32,457 bases of DNA from an uncultured Alphaproteobacteria bacterium (GCA_963926085.1 CAWUWV010000276.1:1-32457); one strand, 5' to 3'; numbered from the stretch's first letter, positions 17,433-26,754 are shown. The notes: generated by a model not told the origin, from the sequence alone. Made by a program: numbers and translations.

Positions 17433-18383
17433 ATGAAGCGATTTACATTGGCCGCCGCTGTCATGACAGCGGTTATAGGCATCGGCACCGCCGCCCAAGC
17501 GGTAGAGTGCAAGCCATCTAAATGGGGCAAAGACGACCAGATCGGCGCCGCCAACTATGTCACGCCTGAATAAGTGCTAATGGCAACGAAGCTCGTCAAG
17601 AAAGGCGAGAGCCATCCGCTTGGCATCGTTGTTGACCCGAACATGCCCGCCTTCCCGCCGCGCGGAATGATGCTGCAGATCGTGCAGCCCGGCCAGCAAT
17701 CAGGCCGCTTCCGCACTGAGTTCGGCTGGAACATCGTCTATAATGGCGACATCGCCCAGCTTTGGTGGGGTACGGGCCCGCAGATTGATGGCCTTGGCCA
17801 TCTCGGCGAAGAAGACATGTACTACAACTGCAATATGGGCGTTGATTTCGCCGACATTTCAGGCCTGAAAGCGCTTGGTGTTCACAATATTCCACCGATG
17901 ATCGGTCGTGGTGTGATGATCGACATGGCCAAGCATCGCGGCAAAACCGTGCTAGACGCTGGTGAAAGCTTCGGTCCTGATGACATCAAAGCAGCAGCAA
18001 AGGCGCAGGGCGTCGAGATCCGCCAAGGTGACGTTGTGCTGTTCCACACCGGCTGGACCGATAACATGCTGGAAAGCGACCCGAAGGCATGGGTCTCCGG
18101 CGAACCGGGCATCGATAATGCGGCAGCCGTGTATCTCGCCCGGCAGAACGTGATGGCAGTTGGCGCTGATACCTGGGGCGTTGATGTTGTACCGCCGAAG
18201 AAGGGCGACAAGGTCTTCTACGGCCACGTCACGCTGTTGAAGGAAAACGGCATCTAAATTCTGGAAACCATGAACACGGGCCGCCTCGCCAAAGAAGGCG
18301 TGAATGAGTTCATGTTCGTGTTGGGCCAAGCCCGCGTTAAAGGCACCGTTCAGATGATCATCAACCCGGTCGCCATGTGGTGA
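17433..18383 (+). pseudogene. Secreted cyclase-family protein (kynurenine-formamidase-like fold), interrupted by two in-frame TAA codons (17571-17573 and 18255-18257)
   Basis: SD GGGAGGAG (17419-17426) precedes the ATG at 17433. The frame encodes signal peptide MKRFTLAAAVMTAVIGIGTAAQA and then WGKDDQIGAANYVTPE before the first TAA. It continues in the same frame as VLMATKLVKKGESHPLGI...GTGPQIDGLGHLG...VLFHTGW...HVTLLKENGI to the second TAA. It then continues in the same frame as ILETMNTGRLAKEGVNEFMFVLGQARVKG..INPVAMW to TGA at 18381-18383. A strong terminator follows 27 nt later. Confidence 0.8.
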
Positions 18384-18410
18384 TGCGGACTGAAATTCTC
18401 TGACGATGAG

Positions 18411-18437
18411 GGGAGGTCTTCGGGCCTCCCTTTTTTT
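18411..18437 (+). terminator. Rho-independent terminator of the cyclase-family gene
   Basis: GGGAGGTC-TTCG-GGCCTCCC forms an 8-bp stem (one G-U pair) with a TTCG tetraloop, followed by TTTTTTT. Confidence 0.8.
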
Positions 18438-18546
18438 GCGAAGGGCCTTTAGCGAAAGCCACGACTTCTCGGCATTTGCTACGCAAAAACCTGCCGGTCT
18501 AATGATGGGCTGAGTGGGGTTTCGGCGTTTGTCTTGCAAACACTAG

Positions 18547-18623
18547 TGGCGGGAGTGACGGGACTCGAACCCGCGACCTCTGGCGTGACAGGCCAGCGCT
18601 CTAACCAACTGAGCTACACCCCC
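18547..18623 (-). tRNA. tRNA-Asp (anticodon GTC)
   Basis: The reverse complement reads GGGGGTGTAGCTCAGTTGGTTAGAGCGCTGGCCTGTCACGCCAGAGGTCGCGGGTTCGAGTCCCGTCACTCCCGCCA. All four cloverleaf stems pair, the anticodon loop is CTGTCAC, the T-loop is TTCGAGT and CCA is encoded. Confidence 0.95.
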
Positions 18624-18656
18624 AAACCGGCGCGTTGCACACAGTTGAGACGGCGG

Positions 18657-18685
18657 TATGTACTGGCGCTGAGACGCGCCGTCAA
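18657..18685 (-). promoter_or_regulatory. Candidate sigma70-type promoter for tRNA-Asp
   Basis: The minus strand reads TTGACG-N17-TACATA, ending about 33 nt upstream of the mature tRNA 5' end. This is a pattern match only. Confidence 0.3.
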
Positions 18686-18718
18686 TACCCTCTAACGAAC
18701 AATATAGACGCTAGTACC

Positions 18719-19522
18719 TTACGCCATGTAAACGCCACCGTTCACTTGAATCGTCTGTCCCGTCGTATAAGCGCCTTCAGGCGTGCACAGCAGGCGAATC
18801 ATCGCCGCCACCTCGTCCACAGAGCCCGCACGATTCAGCGGAATTCCACGATCAGTTATGCTTGGGCGTGCGCCAGCACTTTCGCCACGTGTCGTATCAA
18901 TCATGCCGGGCGCAACAGCGTTCACTGTAATGCCGTGCTGCGCTAATTCGCGCGACAGGCCGCGCGTGAAACCTTCAAGGCCCGCTTTGGCCGTATTCAC
19001 ATGAATTCGGTTCAGAGTGCCGACCCGATTCGAAATACCGCTGAGCGTGACGATGGCACCACCTTCACCGCCAGCAATGATATGCGGCGTGAAAGCCTGA
19101 CAGACATGGAACGCCCCATCCAGTGCCGAATCGATGACGTTCCGCCATTCGCTGTAATCCATATCCAGGAACGGCGTTTGGTTGCGGTGCGCGACATTGC
19201 TGACAATTACGTCCATCCGGCCAAAGCGATCCATTGCTGCTGCCGCCATGGCATCGACCTCTGTGCGGTTCGTGACGTCAGCCATATATGCCAACGCCTT
19301 TACGCCGTAGTCCCGCTCCAGGCTCGCTACAGTCTCTTCAACAGCGGCTTGGTCACTGCGGCCATTGACGACGACATTGGCACCAATTGCTGCCAGATGC
19401 TCCGCCACGCGCTTGCCGATGTTCTTGCCAGCCCCTGTAACGACGGCTGTTTTGCCAAGAAGAGACTTCCCGCCAGGATTGATCACACTACGCACTCCCC
19501 AGAAACACAAAAAGCGCCGCAC
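18719..19522 (-). CDS. Short-chain dehydrogenase/reductase family protein (FabG-like fold, atypical active site)
   Basis: The cofactor motif TAVVTGAGKNIG is present, along with D..V.N (ADVTN), VSNVAH (NNAG-like) and ITVNAVAPGMIDT. The C-terminus is TGQTIQVNGGVYMA. The start codon is uncertain because the first ~15 codons (MRRFLCFWGVRS) look non-native. Confidence 0.85.
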   Translation of the reverse strand: MRRFLCFWGVRSVINPGGKSLLGKTAVVTGAGKNIGKRVAEHLAAIGANVVVNGRSDQAAVEETVASLERDYGVKALAYMADVTNRTEVDAMAAAAMDRFGRMDVIVSNVAHRNQTPFLDMDYSEWRNVIDSALDGAFHVCQAFTPHIIAGGEGGAIVTLSGISNRVGTLNRIHVNTAKAGLEGFTRGLSRELAQHGITVNAVAPGMIDTTRGESAGARPSITDRGIPLNRAGSVDEVAAMIRLLCTPEGAYTTGQTIQVNGGVYMA

Positions 19523-19604
19523 CTGCGACGCTCACAAACAAAACTATAAAAGAAGCATCGCAGCTATGGAAGCGAAGCGATGTCCGTCAGGCATCTGAAA
19601 CGGA

Positions 19605-19680
19605 TGGTGGGCGATGACAGGCTCGAACTGCCGACATCCTCGGTGTAAACGAGGCGCTCTACCAACTGAGCTAATCGCCC
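19605..19680 (-). tRNA. tRNA-Val (anticodon TAC)
   Basis: The reverse complement reads GGGCGATTAGCTCAGTTGGTAGAGCGCCTCGTTTACACCGAGGATGTCGGCAGTTCGAGCCTGTCATCGCCCACCA. The cloverleaf pairs throughout, the anticodon loop is TTTACAC and CCA is encoded. Confidence 0.95.
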
Positions 19681-19709
19681 AAACCTAAAGCCGTCCAGGA
19701 ATACAGAAT

Positions 19710-19743
19710 GAGCCATCTATACCAAAGTCGGCATAGATGGCTC
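19710..19743 (-). terminator. Putative terminator of hupB
   Basis: A perfect 11-bp inverted repeat, GAGCCATCTAT (19710-19720) with ATAGATGGCTC (19733-19743), starts 18 nt downstream of the hupB stop. On the minus strand it is followed by ATTCTGTATT. Confidence 0.55.
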
Positions 19744-19760
19744 TAATCCGTAAGACGGGC

Positions 19761-20033
19761 TTAGTTGACCGCGTCTTTAAGGCCTTTACCAGCCTTGAAC
19801 TTAGGCTGCTTGGAAGCCTTGATCTGGATGGTCTCACCGGTGCGTGGGTTACGACCTGTGGAGGCCGCGCGCGACGCGACGGAGAATGTGCCGAAGCCAA
19901 CAATGCGAACTTCGTCGCCGCCCTTCAGCGCATCGGAAACCGCATCGAATACGGAATCGACGGCTTTACCGGCGTCCGCCTTGCTGATGTCCGCGCCGTC
20001 GGCGACGGCTGCAACCAATTCGTTCTTGTTCAC
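19761..20033 (-). CDS. hupB: Nucleoid-associated DNA-binding protein HU
   Basis: 90 aa. It reads [11 protein letters not shown]....[45 protein letters not shown]...PKFKAGK.LKDAVN, the canonical HU/IHF signature. Confidence 0.95.
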   Translation of the reverse strand: MNKNELVAAVADGADISKADAGKAVDSVFDAVSDALKGGDEVRIVGFGTFSVASRAASTGRNPRTGETIQIKASKQPKFKAGKGLKDAVN

Positions 20034-20234
20034 GTGTAGCTCCCTATCACTGATTTCGCCCGGGCCATTCCGAAAAAGCGAAATCCAATGTTTCGAATAG
20101 AGGGCAGAATACAGGCGGTTTCGGTTCCGTCAATCGACAGACTGCTTTTTTATCAACAGTCTAAACTGCGCATTCCGCCGCAGGTCCGTGCCCCAATGGC
20201 AGATGCGAGTCTACGCCTGATAAGTGCACGCGCA

Positions 20235-20264
20235 AAGGGGCACCCATTTCACAGGGCGCCCCTT
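20235..20264 (-). terminator. Possible terminator of lon
   Basis: An 11-bp stem, AAGGGGCACCC with GGGCGCCCCTT (one G-U pair on the minus-strand RNA), closes an 8-nt loop 35 nt downstream of the lon stop. The U-tract is short (TTTG). Confidence 0.4.
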
Positions 20265-20298
20265 CGTAGATTTTCCGTCAGGCGGAAGGCTCTAGGCC

Positions 20299-22695
20299 TT
20301 AATGCGCAACGATTTCAGCACTAGCAGCCTTTGCAACAGCGGCATCGGCAGCAGCCGCATCCGCTTCAGACCATTCAACCGGTGTCGGCAGCCGGGTCAG
20401 TGCATGCTTCAGCACTTCATCCACCGTTTCGACAGGATAAATTTTAAGTGCCTTCAGGACGTTATCTGGAATATCCGCCAGATCTTTTTCGTTGTCCTTC
20501 GGGATCACGACCGTCTGCAAACCGCCACGGAGCGCCGCCAGCAGCTTCTCTTTCAAACCGCCAATCGGAAGCACCCGGCCACGTAGAGTGATCTCACCGG
20601 TCATCGCAACGTCAGCACGAACAGGAATGCCCGTCATCGCGGATATGATGGACGTGCACATGGCGACGCCAGCAGATGGGCCATCCTTGGGCGTGGCACC
20701 TTCAGGCACGTGCACGTGGATATCTTGCTTGGTGAAGTCAGGCGGCAAAATGCCATAGCGCAGCAGGCGCGACCGGACGAAACTGCGGGCGGCTTGCACC
20801 GATTCCTGCATCACGTCACCAAGCTTACCGGTATGCGCGACATTGCCCTTGCCCGGCATGACAACCGCTTCAATCGACAGCAATTCGCCGCCAACCTCGG
20901 TCCACGCCAGGCCGGTTACAACGCCGACCAAATCTTCAAGCTCCGCCTTGCCATAGCGATATTTCTTGATTCCTGCGTACTTTTCCAAGTTCCGCTTTGT
21001 TACTTTGATAGAGGTTTTCTCGCCGGCCACGATCTCCCGCACGGCTTTGCGCGTGAGATTCGCGATCTCGCGTTCCAGGTTACGCACGCCAGCTTCTCGG
21101 GTGTAGTAGCGTACGAGATCCCGGAGGCCGTCATCCGTAATCACCCATTCAGCCTTTTTCAGGCCATGGTTTTTGACCTGCTTGTCGATCAAGTGACGTT
21201 TGGCAATCTCAACCTTTTCGTCCTCGGTGTAGCCGGGGATACGGATGATCTCCATCCGATCCAGCAGCGGCTGCGGCATGCGCAGGCTGTTAGCGGTGGT
21301 GACGAACATCACGTCCGAAAGATCGTAATCAACCTCAAGATAGTGATCGGCAAAGGTTGAATTCTGTTCGGGGTCCAGCACTTCGAGCAGCGCTGACGAT
21401 GGATCACCACGCCAATCTGAGCCAAGTTTATCGATCTCATCCAGCAGGAAGAGCGGGTTGGAGCTCTTCGCTTTTTTCATACCCTGGATAATCTTACCCG
21501 GCATGGAACCGATATATGTGCGGCGATGGCCGCGCACTTCAGCTTCATCCCGCACGCCGCCAAGCGACATCCGCACGAAATTCCGCCCTGTCGCCTTCGA
21601 AATAGAGCGGCCAAGTGAGGTCTTACCAACGCCAGGCGGGCCAACGAGGCAAAGAATTGGCCCTTTGACCTTCCGCATACGAGTCTGAACCGCAAGATAT
21701 TCAAGGATGCGCTCTTTGACCTTTTCCAGGCCATAGTGATCAGAATTCAGGACTGCTTCCGCCCCCTTCAGATCGCGCTTCACCCGGCTGGGCTTCTTCC
21801 AGGGGATAGAGGTCATCCAGTCCAAATAGCTGCGAACGACCGTCGCTTCCGCCGACATTGGGCTCATATTACGGAGCTTCTTCAGCTCAGCCTGAGACTT
21901 TTCCTGGGCTTCCTTAGACAGTTTGATTTTTGAAAGCTTTTCTTCGAGCTCAGCGATTTCATCTTTTTCGTCATCATCGCCGAGTTCACGCTGAATCGCC
22001 TTCATCTGTTCGTTCAGATAGTACTCGCGCTGGGTCCGCTCCATCTGGCGCTTAACGCGGCCACGGATGCGTTTCTCGACTTCCAGAACATCGATCTCGC
22101 CTTCCATGAGAGCGAATACACGCTCGAGCCTGTCCTTAGCGCTGACAGCCTCCAGGAGCTCCTGCTTCTCTGGAATTTTAAGGGCCAGATGCGCCGCAAT
22201 CGTATCGGCGAGCTTAGATGGCTCTTCGATCTGATTGACGGAAACCAGCACTTCCGGCGGGATTTTCTTGTTCAGCTTAACGTAGGATTCGAACTGCGTA
22301 ACGACCGTCCGCGCGAGCGCTTTTAGCTCCGGATTCGCATCATCATCGCCTTCGGTCAGCACATCGGCTGTGGCTTCAAAAAAGTCTTCGCGGCCCGTGA
22401 ATCCGGTAATCTGCGCGCGATCACCACCCTCAACCAGCACTTTCACTGTGCCGTCGGGCAATTTTAGCAGTTGCAAGATCGAGCCGACTGCGCCGACGGT
22501 ATAGATATCGTCTGGGCCCGGATCATCAACGCCCGCATCTTTTTGCGCGGCAAGCAGAATCCGACCGTCACCATTGGTGACTTCTTCCAGGGCGCGGACG
22601 GACTTTTCACGGCCTACGAACAAAGGCACGATCATGTGGGGGAAAACTACGATGTCGCGCAGCGGCAGGACCGGGAAGGTATTGGAGCCTGTCAT
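20299..22695 (-). CDS. lon: ATP-dependent Lon protease
   Basis: The N-terminal LON domain reads [23 protein letters not shown]. Walker A is GPPGVGKTS and Walker B is FLLDEIDK. The protease motif is [11 protein letters not shown] (catalytic Ser) with ..[18 protein letters not shown] (catalytic Lys). I prefer the ATG at 22695 (AGGA 11 nt upstream) over 22734. Confidence 0.96.
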   Translation of the reverse strand: MTGSNTFPVLPLRDIVVFPHMIVPLFVGREKSVRALEEVTNGDGRILLAAQKDAGVDDPGPDDIYTVGAVGSILQLLKLPDGTVKVLVEGGDRAQITGFTGREDFFEATADVLTEGDDDANPELKALARTVVTQFESYVKLNKKIPPEVLVSVNQIEEPSKLADTIAAHLALKIPEKQELLEAVSAKDRLERVFALMEGEIDVLEVEKRIRGRVKRQMERTQREYYLNEQMKAIQRELGDDDEKDEIAELEEKLSKIKLSKEAQEKSQAELKKLRNMSPMSAEATVVRSYLDWMTSIPWKKPSRVKRDLKGAEAVLNSDHYGLEKVKERILEYLAVQTRMRKVKGPILCLVGPPGVGKTSLGRSISKATGRNFVRMSLGGVRDEAEVRGHRRTYIGSMPGKIIQGMKKAKSSNPLFLLDEIDKLGSDWRGDPSSALLEVLDPEQNSTFADHYLEVDYDLSDVMFVTTANSLRMPQPLLDRMEIIRIPGYTEDEKVEIAKRHLIDKQVKNHGLKKAEWVITDDGLRDLVRYYTREAGVRNLEREIANLTRKAVREIVAGEKTSIKVTKRNLEKYAGIKKYRYGKAELEDLVGVVTGLAWTEVGGELLSIEAVVMPGKGNVAHTGKLGDVMQESVQAARSFVRSRLLRYGILPPDFTKQDIHVHVPEGATPKDGPSAGVAMCTSIISAMTGIPVRADVAMTGEITLRGRVLPIGGLKEKLLAALRGGLQTVVIPKDNEKDLADIPDNVLKALKIYPVETVDEVLKHALTRLPTPVEWSEADAAAADAAVAKAASAEIVAH

Positions 22696-22760
22696 GGATT
22701 TGGCATTCCTGATGTGACGTTCAGTCGGAAGCATGACGCTTCGACAGGTAACAGATGGTT

Positions 22761-22790
22761 TAAGTGGGCCTGAAAAAGCAATTATTCAAG
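22761..22790 (-). promoter_or_regulatory. Candidate RpoH (sigma32) heat-shock promoter of lon
   Basis: The minus strand reads CTTGAAT-N15-CCCACTTA, compared with the E. coli sigma32 consensus CTTGAAA-N13-15-CCCCATnT. It sits about 65 nt upstream of the preferred lon start. This is a pattern match only. Confidence 0.4.
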
Positions 22791-22832
22791 TCCAAAACCG
22801 TGTTTAAGCCTGAATGAGCCCCATTGAAACGC

Positions 22833-22859
22833 AAAAACCGGGCTCGAAAGCCCGGTTTT
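22833..22859 (-). terminator. Rho-independent terminator of clpX (potentially bidirectional hairpin)
   Basis: AAAAA-CCGGGC-TCGAAA-GCCCGG-TTTT. On the minus strand the GC stem is followed by TTTTTG. It lies about 50 nt downstream of the clpX stop. Confidence 0.7.
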
Positions 22860-22906
22860 CACAATTCAATTAAGTCTGACATGAGCGCGAGCGCCCATAA
22901 ATCTGC

Positions 22907-24184
22907 TTATGACGCCATATCCGGGCTCGCAGCAGTCTCATCTTCCGCTTCGGCATAAGCATAAAGCGGTTGAGCACGGCCCTCGATGACTTCGCGATTG
23001 ACGATCGCCTCGTCCACGCCTTCAAGGCTTGGCAGATCGAACATCGTTTCCAATAGAATTTCTTCCATGATGGAGCGCAGTCCACGAGCACCAGTTTTCC
23101 GCTGGATCGCCCGCTCCGCTAGCGCTTCAAGCGCATCATCAGTGAAGGTCAGCTTCACATCTTCCATCTCGAACAAGCGCTGATACTGCTTGACCAGAGC
23201 GTTTTTCGGCTTGGTCAGAATTTCGACCAATGCGTCGACGTCCAGATCACTCAGCGTCGCCAGAACAGGCAAACGACCAACGAATTCAGGGATCAGACCG
23301 AACTTCAGCAGATCTTCTGGCTCAACTTCAGCCAGCACTACACCATGCCGACGCTCTTCAGGGGAGCGTACATCAGCGCCAAAGCCCATGGCTGTCCCCT
23401 TGCCGCGAGCAGAAATAATCCGCTCCAGGCCAGAGAACGCGCCGCCACAAATGAACAGGATGTTCGTCGTATCCACTTGCAGGAATTCCTGCTGAGGATG
23501 CTTGCGACCGCCCTGGGGCGGCACAGAAGCGACGGTGCCTTCCATGATCTTCAACAGCGCCTGCTGCACCCCTTCGCCCGAAACGTCCCGGGTAATCGAA
23601 GGGTTATCAGACTTGCGGCTGATCTTATCGACTTCATCGATATAAACGATACCGCGCTGCGCTCGCTCAACGTTGTAGTCAGCAGATTGCAGCAGCCGCA
23701 GGATGATGTTCTCAACATCCTCACCAACGTAACCAGCTTCGGTGAGCGTCGTTGCATCCGCCATTGTGAACGGAACATCCAAGATGCGGGCCAGCGTTTG
23801 GGCCAACAGCGTCTTGCCGGAACCGGTCGGGCCGATGAGCAGAACGTTGGACTTCGCAATCTCGAGCTCGCCGTTCTTAGCGCCGTGATTCAGGCGCTTG
23901 TAGTGGTTATGCACTGCAACGGAGAGGACGCGCTTGGCACGGTCTTGGCCAATCACATAGTCGCTGAGCACTTCACAAATCTCAGCCGGCGTCGGAACGC
24001 CGTCCTTAGATTTGACCATGCTGCTCTTATGTTCTTCGCGGATAATGTCCATGCAAAGCTCAACGCATTCATCGCAGATGAATACAGTTGGGCCAGCGAT
24101 CAGCTTGCGCACCTCATGCTGGCTCTTCCCGCAGAAAGAGCAGTACAGGGTGTTCTTGGAATCGCCGCTGGATGATTTGCTCAT
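22907..24184 (-). CDS. clpX: ATP-dependent Clp protease ATP-binding subunit ClpX
   Basis: The zinc-binding N-terminus is [26 protein letters not shown]. Walker A is [11 protein letters not shown] and Walker B is [10 protein letters not shown]. The pore loop GYVGEDVE, the IGF-like loop MGFGA and sensor GARGLRSI are all present. Confidence 0.97.
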   Translation of the reverse strand: MSKSSSGDSKNTLYCSFCGKSQHEVRKLIAGPTVFICDECVELCMDIIREEHKSSMVKSKDGVPTPAEICEVLSDYVIGQDRAKRVLSVAVHNHYKRLNHGAKNGELEIAKSNVLLIGPTGSGKTLLAQTLARILDVPFTMADATTLTEAGYVGEDVENIILRLLQSADYNVERAQRGIVYIDEVDKISRKSDNPSITRDVSGEGVQQALLKIMEGTVASVPPQGGRKHPQQEFLQVDTTNILFICGGAFSGLERIISARGKGTAMGFGADVRSPEERRHGVVLAEVEPEDLLKFGLIPEFVGRLPVLATLSDLDVDALVEILTKPKNALVKQYQRLFEMEDVKLTFTDDALEALAERAIQRKTGARGLRSIMEEILLETMFDLPSLEGVDEAIVNREVIEGRAQPLYAYAEAEDETAASPDMAS

Positions 24185-24343
24185 ATGAATTCCATTCGGC
24201 CCACGGTAAGTCGCAAATCTTATGGTAAACGCTCTGTCAAGCCCTGTAAAACGCCGTGGCTGCGCTTTGAAGGCCTAAATCACGTAGCTAAGGAGCCCTG
24301 TGACCGCACTTACCCCCGGCGCCTGCCAAGAAACCGTAAATAT

Positions 24344-24363
24344 GGGTGGAAAAGGTTCCACCC
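24344..24363 (-). terminator. Hairpin between clpP and clpX (possible attenuator or partial terminator)
   Basis: An 8-bp stem GGGTGGAA with TTCCACCC closes a 4-nt loop. On the minus strand it is followed by ATATTTACGGTTT. It lies 34 nt downstream of the clpP stop. Confidence 0.4.
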
Positions 24364-24396
24364 AATTCACTTAACCGTCACCAGCGCCAGTTTTTT

Positions 24397-25077
24397 CTAT
24401 TCCTCGTCGTCTGGGCTGCCCGGACGCTCAGTCACCACCTCATCGACGATGCCAAATTCTTTGGCTTCTTCGGCGGACATGAAGCGATCGCGCTCCAACG
24501 CTTCCTCGACGACCTTAAGATCCTGACCACAGTGCTTGACGTAGATTTCGTTCAAACGCTTGCGAAGGCTGAGAATTTCACGGGCGTGAATTTCAATGTC
24601 TGTCGCCTGACCGGAGAATCCACCGGACGGCTGGTGCACCATGATGCGGGAATTTGGCAGGCAATAGCGCTTGCCGGGAGCACCGGCCGCCATCAGCAGT
24701 GAGCCCATGCTGGCTGCTTGGCCAATGCAGAGCGTCGCTACGGGTGCGCGGATATATTGCATGGTGTCATAAATCGCGAGGCCCGCCGTTACGACGCCGC
24801 CTGGTGAATTTATGTAGAAGGAAATTTCTTTGTCCGGGTTTTCCGCTTCCAAGAATAGAAGCTGAGCACAGATCAACGCCGACACTTCGTCATAAACGGG
24901 GCCGGTCAGAAAAATGATCCGCTCCTTGAGGAGCCGCGAATAAATGTCATATGCACGCTCGCCGCGGTTGGTCTGTTCGACCACCATCGGCACAAGAGCG
25001 TTCATCGTCGGGGTTTGGGTCGCCATGCTGGAAAACAGGGCGCGGGGATCAGAGGCTGTGGGATCGAACGCGGTCAT
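24397..25077 (-). CDS. clpP: ATP-dependent Clp protease proteolytic subunit ClpP
   Basis: [30 protein letters not shown] is canonical. The catalytic Ser lies in [10 protein letters not shown], the His in IMVHQP and the Asp in [10 protein letters not shown]. The start could be 25026, but GGAG lies upstream of 25077. Confidence 0.95.
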   Translation of the reverse strand: MTAFDPTASDPRALFSSMATQTPTMNALVPMVVEQTNRGERAYDIYSRLLKERIIFLTGPVYDEVSALICAQLLFLEAENPDKEISFYINSPGGVVTAGLAIYDTMQYIRAPVATLCIGQAASMGSLLMAAGAPGKRYCLPNSRIMVHQPSGGFSGQATDIEIHAREILSLRKRLNEIYVKHCGQDLKVVEEALERDRFMSAEEAKEFGIVDEVVTERPGSPDDEE

Positions 25078-25269
25078 GCGGCTCAGAGGCTCCAGTTATA
25101 GGCGCGGGGTATCGCGCTGACATTCGCCGCCGCATGCCTAATTTTTGGTTTAATTAGGGCGATTCGGCGGACAATTCGAAAACGGTACAGCATTCACGCA
25201 GCAACTTGGTAAACAAGTTTGGCAAAACGTGATGCAGTACCGATCAAATTGCGCGCCAACCGTGAAACG

Positions 25270-26613
25270 TCAAGCGGCGCTGCCGCCAGCAGCGGCATCA
25301 TCGTCCTCAGCCAACTCTTCAGCTGTCGCCGGACGCTTTTCAACTTTGGCAAGTTCCAGAATGAAATCGACGACCTTTTCTTCCAAGATCGGTGCCTGCA
25401 CCTGACCAAGCGCCTGCGGGTTCTTCTGATAGAACTCGTAGACCATCTGCTCTTGGCCGGGGAAACTTGCGGCCTGGGCGCGAATTGCCTGGCTGATGTC
25501 CTGTTCGTTCACCTGCACGTTGTTCCGCTTGCCGACTTCAGCGAGCAAGAGACCAAGGCGGACCCGTCGAACAGCCAAAACGCGGTACTCAGCTTCAAGC
25601 TCTTCGTCCGTCTTGCCTTCACGGACTTCTTCAGCGTTGTCGCCTTCAAGCTGCTCTTTAACTTGACCCCAAATCGCTTCGAATTCCTGCTCAACCAATG
25701 TCGGCGGCGCATCGAATGTGTGCGCTTCGTCCAGCTTGTCGAACAGTTCGCGCTTGGTGCGGCCGCGAGCGGCTTCTTCGTAGGATTTGGAAATCCGCTC
25801 AGCGATCTGTGTTTTCAGTGTCGCTAAATCTTCCATGCCAACGCGCTTGGCCAGCTCATCATCAATGGTGGGAGCGGCTTTTTCTTTAAGACCATGCACT
25901 TTCACTTTAAACACGGCGGCTTTGCCTGCGAGGTGCTCAGCGCCATATTCTTCAGGGAACGTGACGTTCACTTCGCACTCATCGCCAGCGGATGCGCCAA
26001 CGAGCTGCTCTTCAAAGCCTGGAATGAAGCTACCAGCGCCCAATTCCAGGTCATAGGCATCTGCCTGACCACCTGGGAATTCTTCGCCGTCAACGCTGCC
26101 GACAAAATCGATGGTGAGGATATCGCCATCGACTGCCGGGCGCGCTTCCGAGACTTCAGTCGCCTCGCGGGCGGCTTCAGCCAAATTGTTCAGTTCAGCT
26201 TCGATCTCTTCGTCTTTGGCCTGCACTTCAAGCTGGACCAATTCGAATGTCGAGAAATCTGCCGGCTCAATCTCAGGCATGATTTCGGTCTTGAGGGTGA
26301 ACTCAAGATCTTTGCCTTCTTCGAATTCACCGAAGTCAACGTCCGGCTCAATTGCGGGCGTTAGGCCACGGTCTTCAAAGGTGTCATTGACGACCTGACG
26401 GACTTTTTGGTCAATCGCTTCGCCCATAACGGACTTGCCGAAGCGTTGGCGCAGAATCTTCAGCGGCGCTTTGCCGGGCCGGAAACCAGGCAGCGACACT
26501 GTCGGAGCCATTTCCTTCAGGCGATCTTCAACAGCGGCGTCAATTTCGCTCGCTTCGATCACCATTTTGTACTCGCGCTTAAGGCCTTCGGCCAGCGTTT
26601 CCGTCACCTGCAT
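25270..26613 (-). CDS. tig: Trigger factor (ribosome-associated PPIase chaperone)
   Basis: MQVTETLAEGLKREYKMVI.. is followed by the ribosome-binding signature GFRPGKAPLKIL and an FKBP-like middle domain (GDILTIDFVGSVDGEEFPGG). The position directly upstream of clpP-clpX-lon fits. The ATG at 26613 is preferred over the TTG at 26622. Confidence 0.95.
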   Translation of the reverse strand: MQVTETLAEGLKREYKMVIEASEIDAAVEDRLKEMAPTVSLPGFRPGKAPLKILRQRFGKSVMGEAIDQKVRQVVNDTFEDRGLTPAIEPDVDFGEFEEGKDLEFTLKTEIMPEIEPADFSTFELVQLEVQAKDEEIEAELNNLAEAAREATEVSEARPAVDGDILTIDFVGSVDGEEFPGGQADAYDLELGAGSFIPGFEEQLVGASAGDECEVNVTFPEEYGAEHLAGKAAVFKVKVHGLKEKAAPTIDDELAKRVGMEDLATLKTQIAERISKSYEEAARGRTKRELFDKLDEAHTFDAPPTLVEQEFEAIWGQVKEQLEGDNAEEVREGKTDEELEAEYRVLAVRRVRLGLLLAEVGKRNNVQVNEQDISQAIRAQAASFPGQEQMVYEFYQKNPQALGQVQAPILEEKVVDFILELAKVEKRPATAEELAEDDDAAAGGSAA

Positions 26614-26668
26614 CCTGAACAATCCGTCGCCTGAGAAAGAAGATTATGTCCTAGCTTTATAGTGCCGA

Positions 26669-26754
26669 TGGTGCGGGTGAAGGGACTCGAACCCCCACGA
26701 CCGTAGGTCACCAGAACCTAAATCTGGCGCGTCTACCAATTCCGCCACACCCGC
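26669..26754 (-). tRNA. tRNA-Leu (anticodon TAG), long variable arm
   Basis: The reverse complement reads GCGGGTGTGGCGGAATTGGTAGACGCGCCAGATTTAGGTTCTGGTGACCTACGGTCGTGGGGGTTCGAGTCCCTTCACCCGCACCA. The acceptor, anticodon (loop TTTAGGT) and T stems all pair, it has a class II variable arm, and CCA is encoded. Confidence 0.93.

Noticed and set aside
17571-18257. Stop-codon reassignment of TAA (alternative genetic code) to explain the two in-frame TAA codons
   Set aside because: TAA is used as the terminal stop of several clearly complete genes in the same window (ettA at 1247-1249, the histidine kinase, coxS, yhhQ, lrp). A code change is therefore not tenable. TAA is also not a selenocysteine or pyrrolysine codon.
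17574-18257. ORF-track model of the cyclase gene starting at GTG 17574
   Set aside because: There is no SD upstream. The same frame upstream encodes a signal peptide and conserved N-terminal residues behind a strong SD, and the same frame downstream of 18257 encodes a family-like C-terminus. The 227-aa ORF is a fragment.
18547-19680. tRNA-flanked SDR gene as an integrated genomic islet
   Set aside because: There is no integrase. I could find no direct repeat of either tRNA 3' end in 18624-18718 or 19523-19604, and composition looks similar to the neighbours by eye. It is kept only as a synteny question in the findings.
20139-20162. Inverted repeat AGACTG-N12-CAGTCT, and the 78-aa ORF 20088-20324 (+), in the 265-bp lon-hupB spacer as a possible regulatory site or small gene
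   Set aside because: The stem is short with a large loop. The ORF overlaps the lon 3' end and terminator, has no SD and has an Arg-rich composition. There is not enough evidence for either.
25078-25200. Sigma32-type promoter upstream of clpP
   Set aside because: Only partial matches were found: TTCGAA-N15-CCCTAATT, and CCTATAAC without a CTTG -35 element. This is a weaker match than the lon candidate.
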